Shown here: in pieces, positions 21,501 to 33,642 of the stretch | Numbering within the stretch: the first letter of the stretch is position 1 | How the letters are laid out: every line of letters starts with the position of its first letter | DNA from: Candidatus Dojkabacteria bacterium | GTDB taxonomy: Bacteria > Patescibacteriota > Dojkabacteria > J137 | Direction: 5' to 3' | Assembly: GCA_030950485.1 (NCBI GenBank) | Contig: JAUZRK010000014.1 | Location: 2,431-66,430, forward strand | DNA: 64,000 nucleotides | Translations under genes and position numbers: made by a program | Notes under the pieces: model-generated | Seen by the model: the letters and a program-made list of their open reading frames with translations, nothing else | Told to the model about the DNA's origin: nothing | Database searches by the model: none

Positions 21501-24500
21501 ATCTTCATTTCGCTTGTAGAACGCTACAGTAAAATTTGAGTCAACAGGATTAGAGTTAGTATCCAATGATACATAATCTATATTTAGCTCCTCTCCAACT
21601 GTATTAAAATAACTAGAGAATCTATAACCAAGTTGAATATCTGAATTTATTACTTTTATATCTTTCGAAGTAATAACTACTTCATTATTAATATCTATTA
21701 TTTCAGCATAAAATGTATTTAGCTGTAGGACATATTTAGGATCGATAGTTGAGTTAAATCTAATGATTGCCTCGCCATTCTCGTCAGTTCTTGCTTCTCC
21801 TTCAAGTACTATTTCACTTTCAAAATCAGATACATTTTCACAATATAAATAACAATACATATACATATCAGAAAGATCATCGGCCAGTTTATTGGTAAAA
21901 CTATAGTCGGAGTATTCTGGAATTGATGTAAAAGTGTCTCTTAATGTTATTTTCCAATTTACTTCTGCATTTGAAAGAGCCGCACCGCTAAAATATCTAC
22001 TATTTAATTTTATTTGAACTTCTTCACCAGTCTGAGCTATATCATTTGCTTCAAGCTCAACATAAAAATCTTTCTTCTTATAGTCTTCTACTAAAAATTG
22101 AGCGCTTGTATTGCTTGCGTCTGCTACATCAATAAAAAACTTAACTCCTTCCGAACCTTCTGGAATTACAAATGAACCATTAAATTCTCCGTTACCATTT
22201 AAATCATAATTTTTCTTAATACTGTCTAAATTTATACCATTAGCATAAATATTTAATTTTACTGAGTCGGAATTAAATTTAGGATAGCTAGTTGGAAAAC
22301 TAGAAATTGGATAACTAGTAGCACTTTCTCCATCATTAGGAACAACCATTCCTGTATCAGTCCATTCTCTAACGTAACCTTTAAAATTAACAGTGTCTCC
22401 AGGCTTATATAAAGTTCTATCAGTATAGACATACGCAATTATTGGATCTAGTGTTGCTCTACCTTTTGGATACCAGTATCCTCCCATTCCATTGCTCCAA
22501 TTTGAATCTAATATTCCAAACCTACCCTTATACTCAGCATAAATAATCAAATCTTGCTTAGAGTAATTATTTCCGTGATGTAGTCCTTTTGAAAGTAAGA
22601 CTCCGTCAGAACCAGTAGATCCTAAGAATGATCCATTACTTAAATATATCTTTGCCCCTGAGACAGGTTCACCGCTAACTGCATCTACAATCCAAGTTAG
22701 ATCAGATGTAGTTCCCTGATGTAGTGTTAATGCAAGAGATGAATAATTTATAATCTGTAAGTCTTGGTCATTTATTATCAACATATATACACCTTCGCCC
22801 TTTGTTTTATCAGTAATATCTACTTTATATTGGCTTGTTTCATTAAACTACTCTTTATACATTTCTGAATTATCAACGCTCCAAGAGCTAATCATTGAAC
22901 TACTAAAGTAGTTTGCTAGTTCAGCAGTGTTCATGTAATTACCGTTCTGAGAATAAATATACCCGCCGGATTTAAAAGTATTTGGGGATAGCTTATATAA
23001 TTTATAATTAAAGCTTGAATAATTTGTACTACTAAACCATACTTCCAATGGATTTGATGCGTTGTACATCGCTCTTTCACCTCCTACAATTTCAATACTT
23101 GGGTCGTAATCTTTTGTTTTATAAGAAAAAGATACTGGATATTTTAATCCTAAACCATCAGCAGAATTTCCATTTAAAACTTGAATATTATAGCTAGTCG
23201 AAGGTTCATTATAACCCTTTAATGATACATATCTATCGCCACTATACCAATATGATTCATCTCTAGTTAAAGTCTTACCATTTACTAAAATATTACCGAC
23301 AAGACTATCTACATTCATTTCAGTAGTAAAACTAATTGAGGGTTCACTATGATAAGCAAGTCCAGTTGAATCATTAATTGAAACGTTTATATCTGCTTCA
23401 GGATAATCAACAGTCGAAAAAACTACTCTTCTTTCTTCGCCTAGTGGAGAATTTGTTTCTAATGCTCTTAAATCTCCACTAAAAATAATTTGATAATTAG
23501 TTATTGGGTTTAAGTTAATACCTGGTTGAATGTATATATAATTAGAAGAGCCTTTAGTCTCCTGTGAAAGAATAATTTGAATATCGTATCCTTGATTATA
23601 TTCAGGCACTAATTTAATTTTATTAATATCAAGCTGAACAGCAACATTAAATTCTATAGAAATTCTTTCTGAAAGACCGTATCCTCCGCCTAATGAATTT
23701 TCTGATAAAAGAATAGGTTTCTCTCTTTCAATACTCCATTCGAAAGGTTCCTGCATCTTTAAACCGTCAGTTGATTCTATTAATTCATTATTAACATTTA
23801 CGGTATAAATATAACCTAGATCAAATCCATTTGATGGTCTAAATCTTAATGTTGTAGTTGAAAGCCATTCGTATTCACCTTCAACTTCAGGTGTGATTGT
23901 AACCGGAATCTCCTTTTCTTGTTGATCATCGACACTTGCTAGAGATGTCACAGGTTTGTTAAATGTAATAATAATATCCTGATTTTTTTCTTTTAGTATT
24001 TGAGGAGTATTAATTATTACCTCTGGATATGTAGTTGTCTCGAATTTGAATGATTGGATCTTATTTTTAATATCATTATTTTCTATAGTTACCTCAGATT
24101 CTGTTGCAAGTTTTAATGATTCATCAGGGATTAAAATTAGTTTATTTTCTTCCCACTTAGCTTCATAATCTATTTCAGGTGTTATCTCAATACTTTCCTA
24201 AAACTCATCTCTGATTTTTACAACACCATTAAGATTTATTTCAATTGATGAATCTATAGGTACTTCTGAAATATTTCTTCTAGGGGAAGATCCTGTTAGA
24301 TAGATAGTGTCCAATTTTTTCTCAAAACCAAAAGTATCTATATTTATTAGTGAGGTCAAAAAGAAAAACGAAAAGAATAGAATTGAAAAACCAACGATAG
24401 GTCGGCTTCTTTTATTATTAACTTTGTTTATAATTTTAGAATTCCTTATTCTCAAAGCTAGACTTGTAATTCTTGCTTTTGCGAATTTGATAATAGAAAT

Positions 24501-25025
24501 TAGAAAACGAATATGTGTAAGAGGATTAAGACTCTTCTTAAACTTTTTTTCTTTTAAGTTTTCAAACAAAGAAACTATTACTAATACTAAAATTACAGCA
24601 AGTATAGAAATAACTGCTACAAATGCAATAGATTGATCATAATTCTCAATTGCTAGCTGTGTTAGAAAAATAAGCAATATAATACTTGCAGAGTATGCTG
24701 GGTATTTAATAGTACTTTTAAGTAAATTCCTATAGATTATAAGAACGATAAATGTAAGGATTAAGAATAATACTATTTGAGTTAATAGCCTCTCATTATA
24801 AGTATTAAACGAAGTTTGATTAAACTGATCAAACATTCTGACGTAAACATAAACTGTAAAAAATACTCCTAAAAATTTCAGTATATTAAATTTATTAGAT
24901 TTGATTTTTTGATACGTTACTCTCGAAGAATTAACTAATTTATTTTTAATTAAGGTAAATGTAGTCTTAGATTTTTCAATGATTCTACTAACACTAAAAA
25001 ATTCTTTAAAATTGAAAGTCTTCAT
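18582..25025 (-). pseudogene. bacterial alpha-2-macroglobulin (~2147 codons) with three in-frame stops (TAG 24198, TAG 22848, TGA 21345)
   Basis: The four ORF fragments are all in one frame with open sequence between them. Motifs YTDRTLYKPGD, SVVDKALF, RKEFKDTAFW, LPDNLTTW and LPRF; thioester-like YCTDQ. Confidence 0.9.
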
Positions 25026-25098
25026 ACGAAAAAGTAACTTATATAAAACTGGGGCTTTATACCCGTATTATAGAGACAATTGTTCCATTAAAAAAGTG

Positions 25099-27121
25099 TC
25101 AATTTTTTAAAGGGTTATAGTCGAAAGTAATGTTCTGACAATCTGTAGTATCTTCAAATCCTTGATTAAAGCTATTGAAGTCTATATTACTGCTAGTATT
25201 AAACTTAACAATATCATCACTACAAATAGTAATTTTCAAAAGTTCTGAATAATTAAATTCATAATCATTCGCTGTGACTAAATTTATAGAGTAATTCCAA
25301 ATAGGTGCTGCTGCTACAGATCCGTATAGTCCATCCATTTCTCTTCCTAATGAATTTCCAACCCAAACTCCAACTATATATTCTGGGGTATATCCCATAG
25401 TAAGAGCATCTTTAAAATTTTGTGTAGTTCCAGTTTTAGCAGCACTGGGAAAGCTAGTTCTTAAAGAACTTAATGAACCAAATTGATCCCTTCTAGCGTC
25501 ATTATCTGAAAGTATATTTGTAATCATCTGAGTTATCGCTACTGTATTCTCTCCAAAAATTTTGCTACTATTTTTTTCTTGCTTATGCTCCCAAATTATA
25601 GTTCCACTACTGTCCTCTATCCTATCTATCATATAAGGTGTAGATAATTCCCCCTCATTTTGAAATAAACTGTACGCATAAGTAAGAGCAAATAAACTTA
25701 CTTCACACGCTCCAACAGTTGCAACTATTCCACACTCACTCGCACTATTTATGCTACCAAGCCCAACTTGTTTCATTAAATCTATAAAACTCTCAACCCC
25801 CAATCTCTCTGTCATTATCATAGCCGGGAGATTATATGAATTAGCTAATGATAATGTTATAGTCTGTAGCCCATGTTCTTTCAAATCTGCGTTATGGGGT
25901 GTAAAGTCCTCGCCTTTAACTTCAAAGATTCGTAATTTATCTAAAATTACTGATTGAGGTATGTATCCTTTATCAAATGCCAGCGCGTATAAAAACGGTT
26001 TTAATGTTGATGCAGGTTGAATTAGACCAAGAGAGTGATTGTATTCTCCATTATTTTCTTTGTCAAAAAAATCTACAGAGCCTATCATTGTAATAAGTGC
26101 TCCATTATTATCTGTAATAATAACTGCTGAGTTGTTAGCTCCTTTCTGTTCTAATTCTTTCATTTGATTATCAAGGAAAGTAAGTATTTCCGAATGTACA
26201 CTATAATCATAAGTAGTATAGACTTTTAGCTCAGTACTTAGATCAATTTCCAATTCTTTTCTAATTTCATTAACTTCATCATTTACCATCATTGAAAAAT
26301 GTGGGGCTTTTAGCAGATTAATATTTTCTTTTATAAAAAGTTCTTCCTCTATAGCCGACCTAAATTCTACTTCAGTAATATAATCATTTTTTAACATCCT
26401 TTCTAAAACTAAGTTCATTCTTTTAAGACCTAGCCCCCAAATCTGCATATGGATTAAAAACTGAGGGCTTATTTATCACGCCAATCAAATAACTACATTC
26501 AGTAAGACTTAAATTTGAAGTTGTTTTGCCAAAGTACGAGTTAGCTGCAGCTTCAATACCATAATTCAGATTTCCAAAGTTAACATTGTTAAAATACATT
26601 TCTAGAATTTCATCCTTAGAATATTCTGAATTTAATTTAACAGCATATATTGTCTCGTCTAGTTTTGATTTAAATGATCTATCAAAATAACTCCCTTCCG
26701 ATATTTTTACTAATTGCTGAGAAATCGTGCTTCCGCCTCTATCTTGGCCAAATACGCCATCTAACATAGCTCTTTAAACCCCCTTCGTACTTACGCCAAT
26801 ATTATTGTAAAAACTTTCATCTTCTGTCGATACTAAAGCGTTTATACAATTTTCAGGAATCTGATCGAATTCAATTGGAAAGTTTTTAATTGGTTCATCT
26901 TCAATTACTCTTAATGAAAGCTCGCCATTTCTATCGTAAATCGCAGTTGAATTATCGTAGTCAGTATTCAGTTCAAAGTCATAATTCATGTATCTGTAAA
27001 CAAAATATATAGATGGGAAAAGTATGAATATATCAAAGAATATAAATAGAATGACTAATAAATATTTCTTATTAATTTTACCTCTAGCTGAGTTGTATTT
27101 TTCTATCACTTTTCTTTTCAT
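25099..27121 (-). pseudogene. class A penicillin-binding protein (PBP1C-like) with in-frame TAA at 26774 and a +1 frameshift in the G5 run at 26434-26438
   Basis: Transglycosylase motifs EDESFY and GGSTISQQLVK; transpeptidase motifs STLK, SYN and KTGT; directly upstream of the A2M gene, as in known pbpC-A2M pairs. Confidence 0.88.
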
Positions 27122-27284
27122 TGATACATTATAGTTTACATTATAGATGACGTAGATGGGGGGAGAAAAAGGACAGGGTTTTAATAAGAGAATTATTTAT
27201 ACAGCTCTGATTTAAATAAAAACCTCGCTGGAATATTTCTAACCTGGGTATAACTCTCCTCCAACCCTTAGCTTTGCGTTAATG

Positions 27285-27863
27285 CTATTCAACTCCAAGT
27301 TCATCAACCATAGCAAGCAACTTACTAACAGTCTTTAAACTCCTAGTAGTAGCTATTCGATTCAAGGCTCTCTCGAAGAAGTTATTATTAAGCTGAGTAT
27401 TACCATAACCTTCTGGAAGATATAGATATAGATATAGATATAGATATAGATATATATTCTTTCCATTGATTTTAAATTCCTCAGTCGCGCCCCTATAACC
27501 GTTCAAACTAAAAGTATTAACATTTGTAGACTCTTCGTTTAAGAATGTGAAATGAAAATACTTAGGATCATTATTCTTATCTTCTAAAAATGGGTTACTG
27601 TCTATTATCTCTCTTAGCTCTCTTGCTTCAATAACAATAATTGGGATTGATAATCCAAAATTATTAGCTATTGTCGAGTGTATCTCCGATTGAAGCTCTT
27701 CTATATTCTTTCTTTTAGTTTGAAGGACAACGTTTCCGCTTTGAATATAAGTTTTAACATTACTATAATCTAGATTTACGATTACTTTTCTAAGATCTTC
27801 CATCTTTATAATATTGTTTCCACCTAGATTAATTCCTCTAAGTAATGCTATATATGTATTCAT
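27285..27863 (-). CDS. DUF1697 family protein
   Basis: YIALLRGINLGG, VKTYIQSGNV and TTRSLKTV motifs. Confidence 0.9.
   Translation of the reverse strand: MNTYIALLRGINLGGNNIIKMEDLRKVIVNLDYSNVKTYIQSGNVVLQTKRKNIEELQSEIHSTIANNFGLSIPIIVIEARELREIIDSNPFLEDKNNDPKYFHFTFLNEESTNVNTFSLNGYRGATEEFKINGKNIYLYLYLYLYLYLPEGYGNTQLNNNFFERALNRIATTRSLKTVSKLLAMVDELGVE
27418..27453. repeat. intragenic hexanucleotide SSR (AGATAT)6 encoding a (YL)n tract
   Basis: Perfect tandem repeat read directly in the sequence. Confidence 0.9.
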
Positions 27864-27873
27864 TTATATTTCT

Positions 27874-29637
27874 TTAAAAAATTTCAAAATTCTCTAATAA
27901 TTTCTTATCCCCTTCTACCTGATAAGTTAATAGATCTCTATATATTCCTTCTCTAGTAGATAATTCTTTAGGAGCTCCTGAATCTACAATTTTTCCTCCA
28001 TCTACTACAAATATCTTATCAACATTTTGAATAGTTGAAAATCTATGGGCGATAATAATTACCATTTTTCCTTTCATTAAAGTTTCCATAGCTTCTTGAA
28101 CTTCAGCTTCAGATTTAGAATCTAAATTGCTGGTAGCTTCATCTAGTATTACTACTGGTGAGTTATCTAAAATTGCTCTAGCTATTTGGATTCTCTGTTT
28201 TTGTCCGCCTGATAGCTTAATTCCTCTCTCTCCAATTTGAGAATCAATTCCATCCTTAAATTTAGAGACAAATCCCCATACATTTGCTTTTTTTAATGAT
28301 TCAATAACATCAGCATCATCTACTACTTTACCGTAAGCAACATTCTCTCGAATAGTTGTAGAGAACAATTCATTTTCTTGAAAAACTAGTGAGATGTTAG
28401 ATCTAACCTGATTATGAGAAAGTTCACTATATTTTGTATCATTTATAAATAAATCTCCATTAGTCGAATTATAGAATTTAGTTATTAGATTTATTATGGT
28501 TGATTTACCAGCTCCTGAATGACCAACTAGAGCCACTTTCTCTCCCATTTTAATCTCCAGACTAACATCTTTAAGAACTTCTTCACCCTTTTCGTAACTA
28601 AATGCAACATCTTTAAAACTAATTGAGTTTATTTCAATCTTATCTTTTATTACTTCTTCGTATTTTTCCTCAGCTTTTATATCCATTATTTCAAAAAATT
28701 CTTTTGTTCCAGCCTCTGTAGTTTGAATTTGAGATAAAATAAAACTCATAGCAAATAAAGGTCTTCTTATTTGATTTATTAACTGAATTAAAAGCACTAC
28801 TGTACCTAGTGAGTAAGTACCTTCAAATCCTCCATAAAAAATAACTATACTCATTGCTAGTAAGATTATATTTAGACTAGTATTTCTTAGGAAATCGAAA
28901 ATATGAAATGTCTTACTCTGTCTTGCATATATTTTATTTATGCTTTCTTGCTCTTTATCCACATAATTTAGTTCATTACTCTGATTAGTAAATCCCTTAA
29001 CTAATCTCATATTGGTTATCACTTCTTGAATTCTTCCTCTAGAATTATCCTCATGCTTATTTTTTGCTACTTCCTCTTTTCCCCATTTTTTAGCCGAGTA
29101 CATACTTAAAGTTGTATAAATTGGGAAAAGTATTATTGTAAATAAAGCTACCTGCCAACTATATACAGCCATTAATGCAATTGTAAATACAGAAAGCAAT
29201 ACATTTGGAAAAATGAAATTAGAAGCAGCTTTCATAAATTGCTCGACTGAAAAAATACCTCTATTAAGCTGGTTTACAATTTTTCCTGAAAGCTCTGTAT
29301 CAAAATAGCTTTGAGGTAATCTAAAAATATGGTCATAAAATTTTACTAGTAGAAATCTCCTAAGCTCTCCTCCAAAATGATCTCCAATTCTTTGAGATAA
29401 TGAACTCAATAGTGTTTGAAGCATTAACGCTCCAAAACTTGCGATTATTAGTACTAACAATAATTCTTTATCTCCATCTCCTGACGTTATCTCAGATTCT
29501 ATTTGATCAACCATTGCTTTTGATAAAAGAGGAGCAAATTGAGTTACAACTGCGGATACAAATGATAGGGCTAATATTGTATATAAAATTCCGTGTAGTG
29601 GTTTGGAAATCTTTAGGGTTCTAATTATGTTTTTCAT
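27874..29637 (-). CDS. ABC transporter, fused permease/ATPase (MsbA-like)
   Basis: TM domain plus GHSGAGKS, LSGGQKQR and DEATSNLD. Confidence 0.95.
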   Translation of the reverse strand: MKNIIRTLKISKPLHGILYTILALSFVSAVVTQFAPLLSKAMVDQIESEITSGDGDKELLLVLIIASFGALMLQTLLSSLSQRIGDHFGGELRRFLLVKFYDHIFRLPQSYFDTELSGKIVNQLNRGIFSVEQFMKAASNFIFPNVLLSVFTIALMAVYSWQVALFTIILFPIYTTLSMYSAKKWGKEEVAKNKHEDNSRGRIQEVITNMRLVKGFTNQSNELNYVDKEQESINKIYARQSKTFHIFDFLRNTSLNIILLAMSIVIFYGGFEGTYSLGTVVLLIQLINQIRRPLFAMSFILSQIQTTEAGTKEFFEIMDIKAEEKYEEVIKDKIEINSISFKDVAFSYEKGEEVLKDVSLEIKMGEKVALVGHSGAGKSTIINLITKFYNSTNGDLFINDTKYSELSHNQVRSNISLVFQENELFSTTIRENVAYGKVVDDADVIESLKKANVWGFVSKFKDGIDSQIGERGIKLSGGQKQRIQIARAILDNSPVVILDEATSNLDSKSEAEVQEAMETLMKGKMVIIIAHRFSTIQNVDKIFVVDGGKIVDSGAPKELSTREGIYRDLLTYQVEGDKKLLENFEIF

Positions 29638-29733
29638 TTGTTATATTTGGAAAAATTTAAGATGAACTTCACTATTTTATCATAGTAGTTAGGTAGAAGT
29701 TTTTGTATTATGATTCTGTAAAATATTTTAAAG

Positions 29734-30141
29734 ATGAGCGAATCGGCTAATTTATGTAAGACTTGCTTGGAACAAGACTTAGACATGGGTGCTGGGAAGG
29801 AATTTGGCTGCCAACTTCTAAGCCAGTTAATAGTGGAGCGAATAGATAATAGGATAGAAAAACCTATTTCTGCACCTGAGGATTGTAGGTTAGATAACTT
29901 AGCAACCGAGATTGCATCTGATATACTTTTACAAATAGATACAGATTCTGTTAGTAATATAATTTCAAAAACGCCTATCACTATTTATAGAGAAGAAATT
30001 AATTATGCAGTAGCTATACATTTAGCTGAAAGATCCAACAATGAAAGAGAAAGAGTATTAAAAGCTCTAGAATCGAGACTCGTTAGTTTGAATGTTACGG
30101 TTATAGAAGAACATAGTGATAGTACAGATATTGCTTCATGA
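29734..30141 (+). CDS. hypothetical protein
   Basis: 135-aa ORF with a CxxC near the N-terminus. Confidence 0.55.
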   Translation: MSESANLCKTCLEQDLDMGAGKEFGCQLLSQLIVERIDNRIEKPISAPEDCRLDNLATEIASDILLQIDTDSVSNIISKTPITIYREEINYAVAIHLAERSNNERERVLKALESRLVSLNVTVIEEHSDSTDIAS

Positions 30142-30175
30142 TTCATATATTAATAAAACACTGTCAGCTAACAAA

Positions 30176-31222
30176 ATGAAAAAAGTCATATTAGGATTCA
30201 TAGTTTTTATAATAAGTTTATCTCTAACACTCCTCTTTCTGAATAATAAGAAAGCATTAACAGACCAAGCTACAGATAAAGAAGTTATCTCCCTAAATAA
30301 ACAAATTGAAGTGGAAGAAATTTTAGTAACTGATGAGGATACTATTAAACCAATTAAACTATTAATTACAGGTGATGTTAGTACTTCAGGACTTACTGTA
30401 GAATATATGGTTGAAACTGGAGCTACTCCATTTCAATTCGTAGAAAACTACTTCAATACAGCAGATATAGTTTTAGTTAATTCAGAAATGGTATTAGCTG
30501 AAGAAGAAGGCTATCCTCAAAATAAGCCCTATACTTTAAGGGGTCCTGTAGATGCAACTATGAATGCATTTACAAATGCTAATGTTTCGATCGTATCTAT
30601 AGCTAATAATCATAGTTCAGATTTTGGTCCAGATGCTTTCGTAAATATGCTAGATATTTTTGAAGAAAATAATCTTAAATACTTTGGAGGTGGCAGAACT
30701 GTTAGTGATACTTTTTCTGCTGAATTTATTGAATTAAATGATACAGTAATTGCATTTATTGGAGTTAATGAGTCGGAGACATTTTTTACATCAGTAAATA
30801 ATAATAGAGCCGGTGGAGCCTATTTTAATGAATCATTATTAAAACCTGCTTTTGATGAAGCAAAGCTAAAGGCAGGTATAATAATAGTAATGCCTCATTG
30901 GGGAATTGAGCACCAACCTACTTCTAATTCATTTCAACAAGAGTGGGCTCATAAATTTATAGACTGGGGAGCTGATTTAGTAGTTGGCTCACATCCACAT
31001 ATCATTCAAGAAAGCGAATACTATCAAGATACTCCAATTTATTACTCTCTTGGAAATTTTGTATTTTCAGGATTTAGTTGGATTGAAACTGGTCAGGTAG
31101 GGTTACTTCTTGAAGTTGAGATTGAAAACGATGAAATAAAAAGTATAAATGAGTACAAGGTAGAGTTAACTTACCAGGGGTTTCCTAAATTTATAGATGG
31201 TAGTATGAATGGAAACGAGTAA
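30176..31222 (+). CDS. CapA/PgsA-family metallophosphoesterase
   Basis: TGD, ANNHSSDFG, PHWGIE, GADLVVGSHPH and YSLGNFVF motifs with an N-terminal TM. Confidence 0.92.
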   Translation: MKKVILGFIVFIISLSLTLLFLNNKKALTDQATDKEVISLNKQIEVEEILVTDEDTIKPIKLLITGDVSTSGLTVEYMVETGATPFQFVENYFNTADIVLVNSEMVLAEEEGYPQNKPYTLRGPVDATMNAFTNANVSIVSIANNHSSDFGPDAFVNMLDIFEENNLKYFGGGRTVSDTFSAEFIELNDTVIAFIGVNESETFFTSVNNNRAGGAYFNESLLKPAFDEAKLKAGIIIVMPHWGIEHQPTSNSFQQEWAHKFIDWGADLVVGSHPHIIQESEYYQDTPIYYSLGNFVFSGFSWIETGQVGLLLEVEIENDEIKSINEYKVELTYQGFPKFIDGSMNGNE

Positions 31223-31335
31223 GTTTCTAAATCAGAGCTTATTATTCTATATTTAATATACATCTATTTCAATCAAAAGAGCTGCTAGACATACAATTCG
31301 CTCCAATGATGTACTCCATTAGTTAATATCAGTTA

Positions 31336-32229
31336 ATGCCCGAACTAATTGAACAATTAGATTTTCATGATCAAGAAGAACCAGTATTTAATTCTGACAC
31401 TGGTATTTACGAAAATGATGAGATCACTGGAGAATATCCTATAGCTATAGACGCAATAATGCTTGATCTTAACCTTATGTATTCTAACCCGGATAGTGAT
31501 AACTACTCTGGTGAAGTTAAAATGATGGTTTTATTATCAGAAGAAAGTCCAAACGATTATACTGAAACAAAGCTCAAGTTCAGATATTCATCCGATCCTA
31601 GAGTTCAAAGACATTCAGACTTACTAAATACTGACGAACAACAATTATTCCAAATAACATTAAAAAATGGAGAACTAAACGGAGATAGAGTACTTGAGCT
31701 ACATATAAATGTTGTTAACCCTAATATAAAAGATTTAACTGTAGTAATACAAGCTTTTACTATGAATATAATTAGATCTTCAACTTTATCTGAGGTGCCA
31801 TGTGTCGTCCATATTAGTACTGCAGCATCTACCAGTGTAAAATCAATATTATATAAAGATCCAAAGCGTATACCTCCAAATTCGTCTGCAAGGTTCTTAG
31901 CAAATCAAACAATTAAAACCTGTATGGAACTTGGTAAAGTTAAGACAAGTATATTTAATGAAAACCATAGAGCCTATGTATATGATTTAACTAGAGGATT
32001 ATTATTTTCCGCTCCAGCACATGCTAATATCTTTTCTAATCCATATCTTGATTTTGATGGTAGTACTGAGGTAATGCCAATCAGAACTTATATAACTCAG
32101 TCAGGTGAAAGAATTATCTCTATTTTTCCAGGTACATTCGAAAATATGAGTATAGAGGATGTAGAAGATACACTACAGAATTTTACTAGAATACTGTTAC
32201 AACAAAAATTAAAAAATAAAAATATATGA
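31336..32229 (+). CDS. hypothetical protein
   Basis: 297-aa ORF; no motif recognised. Confidence 0.65.
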   Translation: MPELIEQLDFHDQEEPVFNSDTGIYENDEITGEYPIAIDAIMLDLNLMYSNPDSDNYSGEVKMMVLLSEESPNDYTETKLKFRYSSDPRVQRHSDLLNTDEQQLFQITLKNGELNGDRVLELHINVVNPNIKDLTVVIQAFTMNIIRSSTLSEVPCVVHISTAASTSVKSILYKDPKRIPPNSSARFLANQTIKTCMELGKVKTSIFNENHRAYVYDLTRGLLFSAPAHANIFSNPYLDFDGSTEVMPIRTYITQSGERIISIFPGTFENMSIEDVEDTLQNFTRILLQQKLKNKNI

Positions 32230-32278
32230 ATTGTGTATAAACTACCTGGTGAAACAAATTTAACTTCAAAAAACTTAA

Positions 32279-32623
32279 GTGAATTTTACTAAAATTAGTG
32301 ATTATCTAAATAATTCTAGAACAGGAGGAAGCTCATATAGATTTGAGACAAATCAAGATAAAGACAAAGTGTCAGAAACAATCTTAGCTTACAGAATTCA
32401 CTTTGTAGGTATCAAAGTAAGAGAAGTTAACGATATAGATGATAAGCTCGAAAATTCATCTAAACTTAGGAATGAAGCTACACTTGGTTTATTTAAATAC
32501 GTTTCAGACTGCGAAAAACAATATAAAGAGGAGGGAATTTGGGGGGCTAGCGAGTTTAAATCAGAAACAGCTGATCTACTGAGAGACAATAATATTATTC
32601 CCCTAGAGGAATTAGAGTCATAG
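32279..32623 (+). CDS. hypothetical protein (start uncertain)
   Basis: 114-aa ORF with a GTG start. Confidence 0.45.
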   Translation: MNFTKISDYLNNSRTGGSSYRFETNQDKDKVSETILAYRIHFVGIKVREVNDIDDKLENSSKLRNEATLGLFKYVSDCEKQYKEEGIWGASEFKSETADLLRDNNIIPLEELES

Positions 32624-32767
32624 TAACTATTTTTCTCTAAATAAAGAAAAAAACATAAAACCAAAAGAATAATTCATTTAAAATCTTTTCAACTAAATAT
32701 AACTACCTGACAAAACCTTTGTCAGATATTGCCACGTCTTATTATCTATCCAGTTATAAAACATTAT

Positions 32768-33625
32768 ATGAGTACTGTAAAAAAAGTAATTCTAAATTCA
32801 GGTATAGAAGTTTACCTCAGAGGTGAGATAAACAATCCAGGAAAAATAAAAATATTTGTTCACGGATTTGGTTCAAACGAGACAGGAGGATCGCTTGTTT
32901 CTAAAATGTATCCTGGTGGATTTTCTCCAGAGCTTGCTAATCAAGATGAGGCAAATTTAGTAGTAAGCTTTAATGCTTGTAACGTAACTCATGAACTAAC
33001 AGCTTTTGGAGATAGAGAAGTTCAGAGATTCCCATCGCTTAGTGAGTATGCTGAAATGTTAAATTCAGTAATTAGCGAAGTATCTCAAAGTTATTCTGAT
33101 TTAGATATACATTTAATTGGACATAGTTTAGGAACATTAGCAATTTTAAAACTAATGTCAGAACTAGAATCTGATATTCCAGCTATAAGTAGAATAAGTC
33201 TACTTGCTCTACCTGTTGATGCCTCTCCTGAAAGAATGAGAAGGACATATGAAAGCGGGGGGAGAATGATAAAAGTAGGAGATGAATACCATATCTTAAG
33301 AACAGATGGCTCTGTCACAATCGTAACTGAAGATTTTTGGAAGGATCAAGAGAAAATAAATGTACTAGACTCTGCTGAGATTTTAACTAAGAGGTTTGCT
33401 GAAAATCTTGAAGTAATAGTTGCAAGTAAAGATACGGTTCTTTTCCCAGAGCAAGGTTTCGTAGAAGAGAGATATAGCGAATTATATTCTCCTTTATTAG
33501 ATGTGCTCGATTATAATGGAGCTCACTTTGGAGTGATTAATATGAATCCTGAAACAGAGAATGGTCACGACTTTATAGATGAAGTTGATTCAGTTGCTGT
33601 TCTAAGTCATTTATCTAATAAATAA
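32768..33625 (+). CDS. alpha/beta hydrolase
   Basis: FVHGFGS, GHSLG, D (SKDTV) and GHDF catalytic motifs. Confidence 0.85.
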   Translation: MSTVKKVILNSGIEVYLRGEINNPGKIKIFVHGFGSNETGGSLVSKMYPGGFSPELANQDEANLVVSFNACNVTHELTAFGDREVQRFPSLSEYAEMLNSVISEVSQSYSDLDIHLIGHSLGTLAILKLMSELESDIPAISRISLLALPVDASPERMRRTYESGGRMIKVGDEYHILRTDGSVTIVTEDFWKDQEKINVLDSAEILTKRFAENLEVIVASKDTVLFPEQGFVEERYSELYSPLLDVLDYNGAHFGVINMNPETENGHDFIDEVDSVAVLSHLSNK

Positions 33626-33642
33626 TATTACTTCCTTAAAAT

